Assembly: GCA_903937405.1 (NCBI GenBank)
Contig: CAIZZE010000032.1
Location: 1-58,102 of the forward strand
From: an uncultured Alphaproteobacteria bacterium
GTDB lineage: Bacteria > Pseudomonadota > Alphaproteobacteria > Rickettsiales > UBA1997
DNA: 58,102 nucleotides
Reading direction: 5' to 3'
Part shown: positions 9,807-19,057 of the stretch, one piece after another
Layout of the letters: each line of letters starts with the position of its first letter
Numbering within the stretch: position 1 is the first letter of the stretch
The notes under the pieces: generated by a model
Told to the model about the DNA's origin: nothing
The model's database searches: none
Seen by the model: the letters and a program-made list of their open reading frames with translations, nothing else
Program-made: the position numbers and the translations under genes

Positions 9807-10258
9807 ATTAGTCTTTGTTAACCTAGAATTAGAATAAAACAAAAAGTTCACGCGCAGCAGCAGTTTGGAAAGTTCGATACAAATCGCGCCAGATGAGTAT
9901 TTTCAATACTTAACCTTTTTAGAAAAAGTTAAGTTTAGGCAAATTTTTGTGATATGAATAAGCAAATTCTCCAAATCTCCAATTTAGCTTAACTTCATCT
10001 AGCCCAGCAATATCAATGGTTTGCGAGTATAAATGTCTTAAAAAAAACCAAATTATTCTCCGTTTCTGTTTAACCTGAGATAATTTTAGTGATCTCTATT
10101 TGGCAATTCTTGGAAACAAAAAGCGATCTCTAGTTAAGTCTGATCTATGTTTGCGTGAATTTTTCTTTGCTAGAAAATGAAGAGTTGGAAGGACAATTTT
10201 GTGGCTAGCTTAACCACAGAGATAAGAAAAGTTTGCGCGGGGTAACATGCGCTAGGTA

Positions 10259-10348
10259 TGGCGGAAGGAGAGAGATTCGAACTCTCGTATGGTGTTACCC
10301 ATAACACGCTTTCCAAGCGTGCGCCTTAAGCCACTCGGCCATCCTTCC
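10259..10348 (-). tRNA. tRNA-Ser(GGA)
   Basis: Reverse complement folds as GGAAGGA acceptor stem, CACGC-TTGGAAA-GCGTG anticodon arm, long variable arm, GTTCGAAT, encoded CCA; 90 nt. Confidence 0.97.
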
Positions 10349-10370
10349 GTATTAAAACTAAATAACTTCG

Positions 10371-10441
10371 GTCACCCTGAGCCTGTCGAAGGGTGATTCG
10401 AAACTCGGACTTGAATCACCCTTCGACAGGCTCAGGGTGAC
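10371..10441. repeat. REP-like palindromic doublet (GTCACCCTGAGCCTGTCGAAGGGTG)
   Basis: Perfect 29-bp inverted repeat with a 13-nt spacer, between yidC and tRNA-Ser. Confidence 0.9.
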
Positions 10442-10450
10442 TTTGGGGTT

Positions 10451-12199
10451 TTAGTTTTTTTCTTTATTCAATTTGGTGCTGATAAACCATTGTTGCAAGA
10501 TTGACAATGTGTTGCTCCAAGTCCAGTAAATCAATAAACCAGCAGGGAATGCAGCTAAAACAAAAGTTAAAACATAAGGCATAAACTTCAAAACTTTTGT
10601 CTGAGTTGGGTCAGAACTCGCAGGGCTTAGTTTTTGTTGAACAATCATGGTAATGCCCATCAAGATTGGCCAAAGACCAATTGTGAAAGCGCTGCTGGTT
10701 GCAAATGGCAACAAACCAAACAGGTTAAAGATGGAAGTTGGATCTGGTGCTGATAAATCGTGAATCCAGCCATAGAATGAAGCTTGGCGCATGTCCAAAG
10801 TTACATAAAGCACTTTGTAAAGTGAAAAGAAAATCGGGATTTGAATCAGGATTGGTAAGCAACCAGAAGCCGGATTAACTTTTTCTCTTTTGTAAAGTTC
10901 CATAGTTTCGCGATTCATCGCCATGCGATCATCTTTGAAACGGGTACGAATGGCTTCGATTTTTGGCTGTAATTTTTTGATTTTGCCAATTGCCGAGTAA
11001 GATTTATTCGCCATAGGAAACAATGCCAGCTTTACTAAAACCGTCATTGCTAAAATTGCTAAACCAAAATTTCCTAAAATTTCTGACAAGAAAGAAATGA
11101 TAAAAAAGAACGGTTTGGTTAAGAAATAAAACCAGCCGAAATCTACGGCGCGATCAAAAAGTTTAGCATCATATTCTTTGGCATATTGATCTAGAAGCTT
11201 AACTTTCTTGGCTCCGGCAAAAAGATGATGATCAAATTTTAAAGTTTCGCCAGCCGGAACTTTAAATTCTTGGCCGACAAATTCGGAATTATAAAAATTA
11301 TTTTGGTTGGTTAATTCGTGATTAAAGCTGGCGCTGTATTTCAAGCTCTTATCAGGCAAAATTGAACTTAACCAATATTTATCAGTAATTCCCAGCCAGC
11401 CGCCTTTTTCGGAAGTAAATTCTTGACGTTTTTCTTTTGTAATATCTTTATATGAAGATTCGTGAAGAACATCAGAAAACACGCCAATTGGGCCTTCATG
11501 AAGAATGTAAACTGGTTTTTGGGCATTATTTAAAACACGATTAATGCGGCCATAAGAAGCGATGGAAATTTCAAAACCAGAATTATTTTTTACCGATTGA
11601 GAAACGCCAAACATGAAATTTTCATCCAGAGTAATATGAATTAAAAACTCGATGTTATTTTTATTTTTCCACGAAAGCGTAACCGGATTTTGCGGCGTTA
11701 ATTTTTTATTATCGCTTTTCCAAATTGTTGTTGGTTGAGGAAGTTCTAAGCCGCTTTCAGAGCTGATCCAGCCGAAATCAGCAAAATATCTTTCGCGACT
11801 TTCTGCGGGTGCCAAAAGCGTAACTTCTTCTTTTTTATCAATTGCCGTAAAATATTTTGCCAAAGTTAAATCATCAAAACGCGCACCTTTTAATGAAATT
11901 GAGCCATGCAAATTTTCGCTTTCAATATCAACGCGGCTTTCAGCGCTTTGGGCTAAAATTTCATCACGGTTTTTTAAAGTAACGGCGGCTTCAGCTGGTT
12001 TTGTTGTTGAAATTGCAGATGCAATTGAGCCTTTATTTTCAATGGTTTTAACCGTTTCAACTTGCGGTTTTTGTTCAGCGAGAATTTTTCTTTGTAATTC
12101 TTGCTTTTCCATTTTTGGCTTTTCGTAAAACCACGTCCAGCTCAATAAAATCATGGCAGAAAGAACGGTGGCAAGAAGGATATTTTTATTATTTTGCAT
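10451..12199 (-). CDS. yidC: Membrane protein insertase YidC
   Basis: AVDFGWFYFLTKP, GCLPILIQIPIFF, WIHDLSAPDP. Confidence 0.97.
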   Translation of the reverse strand: MQNNKNILLATVLSAMILLSWTWFYEKPKMEKQELQRKILAEQKPQVETVKTIENKGSIASAISTTKPAEAAVTLKNRDEILAQSAESRVDIESENLHGSISLKGARFDDLTLAKYFTAIDKKEEVTLLAPAESRERYFADFGWISSESGLELPQPTTIWKSDNKKLTPQNPVTLSWKNKNNIEFLIHITLDENFMFGVSQSVKNNSGFEISIASYGRINRVLNNAQKPVYILHEGPIGVFSDVLHESSYKDITKEKRQEFTSEKGGWLGITDKYWLSSILPDKSLKYSASFNHELTNQNNFYNSEFVGQEFKVPAGETLKFDHHLFAGAKKVKLLDQYAKEYDAKLFDRAVDFGWFYFLTKPFFFIISFLSEILGNFGLAILAMTVLVKLALFPMANKSYSAIGKIKKLQPKIEAIRTRFKDDRMAMNRETMELYKREKVNPASGCLPILIQIPIFFSLYKVLYVTLDMRQASFYGWIHDLSAPDPTSIFNLFGLLPFATSSAFTIGLWPILMGITMIVQQKLSPASSDPTQTKVLKFMPYVLTFVLAAFPAGLLIYWTWSNTLSILQQWFISTKLNKEKN

Positions 12200-12202
12200 T
12201 GA

Positions 12203-12592
12203 TTAGTTTGTGAAAAAATTGCTTTGTAAATCGCGGTGAAAATCAACAACCCAAGCGGAATTATTTCCGGCTTTGTAAGTTTTGATTTTAGCGGTTTTTT
12301 TGTGAATGAGAATGACGTTTCCATTCAAGGGATAAGGGGTTTCTGAGGCTTCGCTAGTATCTTCTTCTAAAAGGCAGAAATCTGATTTTTCTAGCCCAAA
12401 TTCTTTTAATTCTTTTTCAAAATCTTGAAGTTCGCTTTCATCAATAATTCTTAATTTTTTGACTTCGCCATCAATTGCCCAAGCGGGGTGAATGCCTTTT
12501 TCTTCCAGATCGTGAATCAATTCGCGAATGAGAACTTTATTACTTTCTTTCATTCCCTCCTCCGTTCGCTTGAGGATTTCTTCGTTACGCAT
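12203..12592 (-). CDS. Hypothetical acidic protein, putative partner of the zeta-like ATPase
   Basis: Overlaps the ATPase gene by 8 bp; SD-like GGGAGA upstream; 129 aa. Confidence 0.7.
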   Translation of the reverse strand: MRNEEILKRTEEGMKESNKVLIRELIHDLEEKGIHPAWAIDGEVKKLRIIDESELQDFEKELKEFGLEKSDFCLLEEDTSEASETPYPLNGNVILIHKKTAKIKTYKAGNNSAWVVDFHRDLQSNFFTN

Positions 12593-13154
12593 AGATGTTT
12601 TCCCAGAGATTTTGATTAAGAATAATTAATTGATCTTGATTTTTTTGAGCAATTTCTATGAGTTCAGGACCGCTGGCTTCGTAGACCGAAGCCGTATCAA
12701 CGATTGCTAAATAATCCTTAAGATTATCGAGGCCTCTTTGGAATCTTCTCTCAATTACGAGAGGTTCAATATCATGGCCGCCTTTGCTTACTCTATTTTG
12801 CACCCTGATTTTTGCAAGTTCCGGACTTTGTAATTTTAAAAAAATTAAATTTATGCGATAACCGGCCGCTTGTGACCTGCGAATTAGGTTCAAATAAGTG
12901 CGTGCCGATAAAGTAGTTTCGAAGGCAAAGCCGCGATCTTCATTTAAAAGAAATTCCATTCTTTTTAACATCAGGCGACCCGCTTGGGCAGCGGATTCTT
13001 TTGGGTCTTCCGGAGAAAGATTTTTGGCGATTTCATCAGCATTTACAAACTCGTTACTTTTTAAAAAATCGGGCAAAAGCGTGATTCTGGCACATGAACT
13101 TTTACCCGCTCCGTTTGGTCCGGCAATAATGTGAATTTGTTTATTTTCTGACAT
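12585..13154 (-). CDS. Zeta-toxin-like P-loop ATPase/kinase (COG4185-like)
   Basis: IAGPNGAGKSS, VNADEIA, FETTLS, RVQNRVSKGGHDI. Confidence 0.88.
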   Translation of the reverse strand: MSENKQIHIIAGPNGAGKSSCARITLLPDFLKSNEFVNADEIAKNLSPEDPKESAAQAGRLMLKRMEFLLNEDRGFAFETTLSARTYLNLIRRSQAAGYRINLIFLKLQSPELAKIRVQNRVSKGGHDIEPLVIERRFQRGLDNLKDYLAIVDTASVYEASGPELIEIAQKNQDQLIILNQNLWENIYA

Positions 13155-15489
13155 TTTTCATCACTTTTTTTGCAAGCAGGCATTCTTTAAAAGCTTCTTC
13201 AATATGAGAAATTGGTTTGATTTTCATTTTATCCAAAACTTCTTTTGGCATATCTTCTAAATCTTTTTCATTAGCTTTTGGAATCAGCACAGTTTTGATT
13301 CCGCCGCGTAATGCTGCTAAAAGTTTTTCTTTTAAACCGCCAATTTCTAAAACTTTTCCGCTTAAAGTAATTTCACCAGTCATGGCAATATCTTTTCTGA
13401 TTGGTCGATCAGATAAAACTGAAACTAAAGCCACACATAAAGCAACGCCGGCTGAAGGCCCGTCTTTTGGAGTTGCGCCTTCGGGAACGTGAATGTGGAA
13501 ATCATATTTATTGAATTTTTTGGCATCAATTTTCAGACTTTTAGCAATTGAGCGAGCGTGACTTAAAGCGGCGTGCGCCGATTCTTTCATCACGTCACCA
13601 AGTTGTCCTGTGGTTTGGATTTTGCCGTTTCCTTCAAATTTCAATGCTTCAATATCAAGCAAATCTCCACCATATTCTGTGTAAGCCAAACCAGTTGCAA
13701 CCCCAATTAAATCGCGGTCTTTGGCAATTCCGTAATGACGTTTTGGAATGCCGGCATATTTGGAAAGATTTTTTTCAGTAATATGCAGCGATTTAGTTTT
13801 TTTCATGATGATTTCTTTCACCGCTTTGCGCGCCAAATTTGAAATTTCACGATTTAAATTTCGAACTCCTGCTTCAAAAGTGTAATTGTGAATCAAGGTT
13901 AGAATTGATTCATCGCCTAAGGTAAATTCAGATTTTGAAAGACCATTTTCTTCGCGCTGTTTGCTGATTAAATGTTCTTTAGCGATATGAAGTTTTTCAC
14001 TTTCTGTATAACCAGAAAGTTTGATAATTTCCATACGATCACGAAGTGGCACCGGAATAGTGTTTAAGCTATTTGCAGTGGCAACGAACATTACTTTAGA
14101 AAGGTCGTAATCAACTTCTAAATAATGATCAGAAAAGGCTGAATTTTGTTCTGGATCTAAAACTTCTAAAAGCGCCGAAGACGGATCGCCACGGAAGTCA
14201 TGCGACATTTTGTCAATTTCATCGAGCAACATTAAAGGATTAATTGTTTGAGCCTTACGCATTGATTGAATAATGCGTCCCGGCATTGAGCCGATGTAAG
14301 TTCTGCGATGTCCACGAATTTCAGATTCATCGCGCACTCCTCCTAAGGAAACTTTAACATATTTACGTCCCAAAGCTTCGGCGATTGATTTTGCCAGTGA
14401 AGTTTTTCCAACTCCGGGCGCGCCAACTAAACATAAAATTGGGCCGCGGGATTCTTTGGTTTTCATTTGCACGGCGATGAATTCAAGAATGCGCTCTTTG
14501 ATTTTTTCTAAACCGTAATGATGTAAATCGAGAATTTTTTTAGCTTTATCTAAACTGGTTCCGGACTTTGATTTAGTGGTCCAAGGCAAAGTACAAATCC
14601 AGTCTAAATAATTACGCACTACACCCGATTCTGAAGAATATGGATTCATTTTTTCTAACTTCGCTAATTCCATATCACATTTTTTCTTCACTTCTAACGG
14701 CAATTTCAGTTTCGCCAGTTTTTCTTTGATTTCTTTGGTTTCATTTTCTTCTTCCTGACCCAACTCTTTTTTGATATTTTTGAGTTGTTCAGTTAAATAA
14801 ACTTCTTTCTGACTTTTGGCGAATTTTTCTTGCACTGATTTATTGATTCGTGCTTCTGCTTGGCCGATTTCGATCTCGCCTTTCAACATTTCCAAAACTT
14901 TGAAAAGCTTTTTACTTAAATCATTTTCTTCGAGAATTTCCTGTTTGTTTTTAATTGAATTGCCAATGTAAGTAGCGATTAAATATGCAACTTCGTGAGG
15001 TGATTTTACTTTAGTCAGCGAATTTAAAACTTCCGGCGTGATGCGTTTATTATGTTCACTATATTTGGTGAAGCTTTCAATACAGGCTTTGATTAGGCCT
15101 AAAAGTTCTTTATTGTCGGTAGCAAATTTGGGATCGATTAAAAGTTCTGCTTCGCAAGTGAAAAATTTTTCAGCGTGAATGATTTTTTTTAATTTAGCGC
15201 GCGCGATGCCTTGAAGAATAACTTTTAATGTGCCGTCAGGAGTTCTGATTGATTCAATAACATTGCATAAAGTGCCAATTGAGTGAATATTTTTTTGGTC
15301 AAATTCATCAAGGTCGGGATTGGTTTGAGTCACTGCAAAAATTGGAACTCCCAAGCGGTGAGCTTCTTCCACCGAATTTAAAGATTTTTCCCGACCAACT
15401 AAAATTGTGGTAGTCATTTGCGGAAAAATCACAATATCACGCAAAGGCAAAGCATGAAAAACTTGCGGTTGAATTTGTTGTTTGGTCAT
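13141..15489 (-). CDS. lon: ATP-dependent protease Lon
   Basis: LPLRDIVIFP N-terminus, GAPGVGKTS Walker A, PKDGPSAG catalytic serine. Confidence 0.98.
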   Translation of the reverse strand: MTKQQIQPQVFHALPLRDIVIFPQMTTTILVGREKSLNSVEEAHRLGVPIFAVTQTNPDLDEFDQKNIHSIGTLCNVIESIRTPDGTLKVILQGIARAKLKKIIHAEKFFTCEAELLIDPKFATDNKELLGLIKACIESFTKYSEHNKRITPEVLNSLTKVKSPHEVAYLIATYIGNSIKNKQEILEENDLSKKLFKVLEMLKGEIEIGQAEARINKSVQEKFAKSQKEVYLTEQLKNIKKELGQEEENETKEIKEKLAKLKLPLEVKKKCDMELAKLEKMNPYSSESGVVRNYLDWICTLPWTTKSKSGTSLDKAKKILDLHHYGLEKIKERILEFIAVQMKTKESRGPILCLVGAPGVGKTSLAKSIAEALGRKYVKVSLGGVRDESEIRGHRRTYIGSMPGRIIQSMRKAQTINPLMLLDEIDKMSHDFRGDPSSALLEVLDPEQNSAFSDHYLEVDYDLSKVMFVATANSLNTIPVPLRDRMEIIKLSGYTESEKLHIAKEHLISKQREENGLSKSEFTLGDESILTLIHNYTFEAGVRNLNREISNLARKAVKEIIMKKTKSLHITEKNLSKYAGIPKRHYGIAKDRDLIGVATGLAYTEYGGDLLDIEALKFEGNGKIQTTGQLGDVMKESAHAALSHARSIAKSLKIDAKKFNKYDFHIHVPEGATPKDGPSAGVALCVALVSVLSDRPIRKDIAMTGEITLSGKVLEIGGLKEKLLAALRGGIKTVLIPKANEKDLEDMPKEVLDKMKIKPISHIEEAFKECLLAKKVMKNVRK

Positions 15490-15511
15490 GGTTGAAATGA
15501 ATCTGAATTAA

Positions 15512-15659
15512 AGAGTCTGCTGCGTAAATCAAACTTTTCGTCGAACTTTTCGCAATTCTGATTTTTTTGAAACGCACGTACATCTAGGTACGCTTACCTT
15601 TCAAAAAAATCAGAATCACAAAAATTTCTTAGAAAATTTTGATTTACACAACAGACTCT
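15512..15659. repeat. Long palindromic element (RPE/MITE-like)
   Basis: Terminal IR 20/22 (AGAGTCTG...), perfect internal 18-bp IR ATTCTGATTTTTTTGAAA, central CGTAC-atctag-GTACG hairpin. Confidence 0.8.
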
Positions 15660-15709
15660 CGGAGAGGCGAGAATCTACAAAAAATCTAGTAATCAATTTC
15701 CAAAATACA

Positions 15710-16990
15710 ATGGCAATAGCGTTAGTTTTCACAATAATCATCGGCATTTGTGCCAGTATGTTTTTTTATTTTCTGGCTAAATTTAAAAGCCAAGCGGAAA
15801 GAGCGCAAAACGAAGTTGATTTTTTGCGTGAAGAAAAAGAAAAATCAGAAGAAAAAATTAATTTTTTACAGCAAAAAAATGTTCATTTAGAAACCCAAAA
15901 TCAATTTCTAAAATCAGAACAGCAGCAAGTTGAAAGGCAAAGAGAAGAATGGAATAAAGATAAGGAAACCATTCTTTTACAATTGTCAGAAAATCTGATT
16001 AAAAAAAATAATGAGCAGCAAAATCAGATTAGTGTAAATCAGCAGGAAAATATTAAAAAAATTACTGAAACGCTGTTTAAAAATTTTGAAAATGTGACGG
16101 CAAAAGTTGTTTCTTTGGGCGATGATGTCAAAAAATCTGCCGATATAATTAATTTAACTAAACAGGCTTTGCTCAGTCCTGGTGCGGCGGGAAGAACTGC
16201 GGAAATTACGCTGGAAAATATTTTAAAAAGTTCTGGTTTAAAAGAAAAAGCCGATTTCAATTCTTATGGCGATTATATTTTACAGTCGCATTTTTCAGGT
16301 GTGAATAATGAGTCAGAGCAAGAATCGAAAAGGCCAGATGCAATTTTGTTTTTTCCGGGAGATCAAATTGCAATTATTGATAGTAAATCTTCACCGCATT
16401 TTTATGACCTCGAAGTTGCGCGCCAAAGCGGTGATTTTGAGCAAGAAAAAATTATTTTAGCCAAGATTAAAGATGCATTTCGCAAGCATTTGGAAAGTTT
16501 GAAAAAGAAGGATTATTCGAAGTTTTTATTTGAAGAATTAAGAAGCAAAAATGCGTCGGATTATAAAATTTTAGTCGTGATGTTTTTGCAGACGGAAAAG
16601 ATGCTTGATATTGTTAGAAGTCTTGATTCTGATTTTGAGCAAAAAGCGCTTGAAGCTGGTGTTATATTGGCTTCGCCAATTGGAATGATTAACTTTTTAT
16701 CGCAAGCCAGAATTGTGATTGATCGAATTAAGCAGGAAAAAAATATCGAAGATTTAAAGATTGAAGTGCGTCGTTTGTTGGATAATGTGACGATGATTTT
16801 TAGAGATTCCAGAGAGCTTGGAAAGTCGCTAAATAAAGCGCTTGGATTGCATAGCAAAATGGTAAAAGGATTGAATCGTGGAGTTTATTCAGCGATGAAA
16901 AATATTGCGGAATTAGGAATTGAAGGGAAAAAATCTGGGGAAGTGAAGTTGCTGGAAGAATATGATGTGAATGATGATGAGGAGAATTAA
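15710..16990 (+). CDS. rmuC: DNA recombination protein RmuC
   Basis: N-terminal TM plus coiled coil; GRTAEITLENIL and RPDAI..IIDSK nuclease-like core. Confidence 0.88.
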   Translation: MAIALVFTIIIGICASMFFYFLAKFKSQAERAQNEVDFLREEKEKSEEKINFLQQKNVHLETQNQFLKSEQQQVERQREEWNKDKETILLQLSENLIKKNNEQQNQISVNQQENIKKITETLFKNFENVTAKVVSLGDDVKKSADIINLTKQALLSPGAAGRTAEITLENILKSSGLKEKADFNSYGDYILQSHFSGVNNESEQESKRPDAILFFPGDQIAIIDSKSSPHFYDLEVARQSGDFEQEKIILAKIKDAFRKHLESLKKKDYSKFLFEELRSKNASDYKILVVMFLQTEKMLDIVRSLDSDFEQKALEAGVILASPIGMINFLSQARIVIDRIKQEKNIEDLKIEVRRLLDNVTMIFRDSRELGKSLNKALGLHSKMVKGLNRGVYSAMKNIAELGIEGKKSGEVKLLEEYDVNDDEEN

Positions 16991-16996
16991 AACGAG

Positions 16997-17084
16997 CTAG
17001 ATCATGAAACAAGTTCAGGATGACGATGTGGGAAAAACGAGTTTAATCAAAACTCCGTCATCCTGAACTTGTTTCAGGATCTAG
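16997..17084. repeat. CGTC-tagged REP-like doublet (CGTCATCCTGAACTTGTTTCAGGATCT)
   Basis: Inverted repeat 28/29 between convergent rmuC and rodA. Confidence 0.9.
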
Positions 17085-17104
17085 AGTAAAGTTGAATCGC
17101 AGAT

Positions 17105-18232
17105 TTAGTTAAGTTTTAAGTCCGAATTTTTGTGTAAATCTACATTCAAAACCAATCCAAATCCAATCATCATTGACGCCATAATTGTGCCGCCATAAGA
17201 AACGAAAGGCAGCGGCGCGCCTACAACTGGAATCAATCCCATTCCCATTCCCATATTTATAAACATGTGAATGAAAAAAATATTAATCACGCCCATCACC
17301 AATAATCTGCCATATTGATGTTTGGTTTTCATGGCAATTGAAATGCCGATTCCAATGATTGCGCAATAAACCACAATCGTGAAAAAACTGCCTAAAAATC
17401 CTAACTCTTCCGATAACATTGTAAAAATAAAGTCAGTTTGTTTTTCCGGTAAGAAATTTAATTGTCCTTGCGTTCCATTCAAATAACCCTTGCCAAATAA
17501 GCCTCCAGAGCCAATCGCGATTTTGGATTGAATGATATTATATCCACTTCCCAGCGGATCATTATTTGGATTTAAGAAAGTTAAAACACGCTGTTTTTGA
17601 TAATCATAAAGCAAAAAGTGCCAGGCGAAAGGAATGGCGGCAAGGCCTGCGGCGCCTACAGAAATGAATTTCCAGGTTTTAACGCCGGCGAGAAATAAAA
17701 TTGAAACACCAACCATGATTAAAATCGTCGCGGTTCCGAGATCGGGTTGGTAAAAAATGAAAAAGGCTGGAACTGCAATCATCGCAAGTGGCGCGATAAT
17801 AAATTTTATGCGGCCGATTTCTTCAGCTTCAATGCTATAAAAATAACGCGCTAAAGCGAATACGGTGCAAACTTTCATAATTTCCGAAGGCTGAATTGTC
17901 AGCGATCCCACTCTGAACCATCTTGTTGCACCCATCGCATTGTGACCCATTATATCAACAATAATTACTAGAGTTAAAGCGATAGCATAAAAAACATAAG
18001 AGGCGCGAAACCAGATTTTTATATCGGTAACCGCGATGAAAATCATCAATGGGAAAAATATGCAGAAGAAGCCGAGTTGCCTTATGAGCCAAGGCTTGAA
18101 GCTTCCACCACCTGCGGAATAAAGCATTAAAAAACCAACAAAAGCCAGTATAATAATTAGCGAAATTAACAGCCAATTTAACTGTTCCAATTTTTGCGAT
18201 AGAGGAATTTTTTCGCGTTCGATGAAAGGCAT
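17105..18232 (-). CDS. rodA: Rod shape-determining protein RodA
   Basis: GATRW, IQPSEIMK, QPDLGT, DPLGSGYNIIQS, LPEKQTDFIF. Start set at MPFIER. Confidence 0.95.
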   Translation of the reverse strand: MPFIEREKIPLSQKLEQLNWLLISLIIILAFVGFLMLYSAGGGSFKPWLIRQLGFFCIFFPLMIFIAVTDIKIWFRASYVFYAIALTLVIIVDIMGHNAMGATRWFRVGSLTIQPSEIMKVCTVFALARYFYSIEAEEIGRIKFIIAPLAMIAVPAFFIFYQPDLGTATILIMVGVSILFLAGVKTWKFISVGAAGLAAIPFAWHFLLYDYQKQRVLTFLNPNNDPLGSGYNIIQSKIAIGSGGLFGKGYLNGTQGQLNFLPEKQTDFIFTMLSEELGFLGSFFTIVVYCAIIGIGISIAMKTKHQYGRLLVMGVINIFFIHMFINMGMGMGLIPVVGAPLPFVSYGGTIMASMMIGFGLVLNVDLHKNSDLKLN

Positions 18233-18387
18233 TTCTTTAAGAGAATTTTTTACTTTCTTAGACAAGAAAAAATAAAGAAGGGGCGGCGAATTAAGACGGC
18301 TTGAATTATTAATCAAGCTTCTTTACCTTCCGCCTGAAATTTTTTTACTAAAATTATAAACTTAGTTTCCAGCCTTTAATTTCAAGC

Positions 18388-19041
18388 ATGTCAGACCAAG
18401 ATAAAAAAACTAAATTAAAGATAAAAAGTTGGTATTCAAACCGCTACCAGATTGTTGTGGTTCAGCGTAATATACTTTTGCTTTTTACTTTAATTTCAAT
18501 GTTCTCAGTTGCGGTGGCAGTGATATTTGTAAAAAATATCATGTCTTCAAAGTCGCTTGAGCCTTATGTTATCGAAGTTGAGCAGAAAAGTGGAATTGCC
18601 ACAATTGTTAATCAAATGACGGCGCAAAATTTCACTGGCGACCAGATGATCCGCCAATATTTTATCAATGAGTTTATTCATGCTGCTAGTGCCTATGATC
18701 CAAAAACTTATAAAATGGATGTTGATAAAGTGAGATTATTGTCGGTTCCAGCTGTTTATGGTGATTTCAGAAATCGTATCAATGCCAGAGAATTGGGGAC
18801 TGATTCCAGAATTGAAATTCGCGTTAAATCAATTCAATTCACTGATAGCGTTACTGCTCAAATTCGTACTGTAAGACAAATAAGTCTTGCAGGAGTAGAT
18901 ACAAAAACTGTGGATGAAGTGATCACAATGAATTTTAGTTTTTCCCCTAACATGAAATTAAATTTGGAAGAAAGATTGATCAACCCTCTGGGCTTCCAAG
19001 TTACTAGATACGCAATTGCAGAAGAAGTATTTAATTATTAA
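18388..19041 (+). CDS. virB8: Type IV secretion system protein VirB8
   Basis: Single TM, EPYVIEV, C-terminal INPLGFQVTRY. Confidence 0.92.
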   Translation: MSDQDKKTKLKIKSWYSNRYQIVVVQRNILLLFTLISMFSVAVAVIFVKNIMSSKSLEPYVIEVEQKSGIATIVNQMTAQNFTGDQMIRQYFINEFIHAASAYDPKTYKMDVDKVRLLSVPAVYGDFRNRINARELGTDSRIEIRVKSIQFTDSVTAQIRTVRQISLAGVDTKTVDEVITMNFSFSPNMKLNLEERLINPLGFQVTRYAIAEEVFNY

Positions 19042-19057
19042 AAAAGAGAAGAAATAA

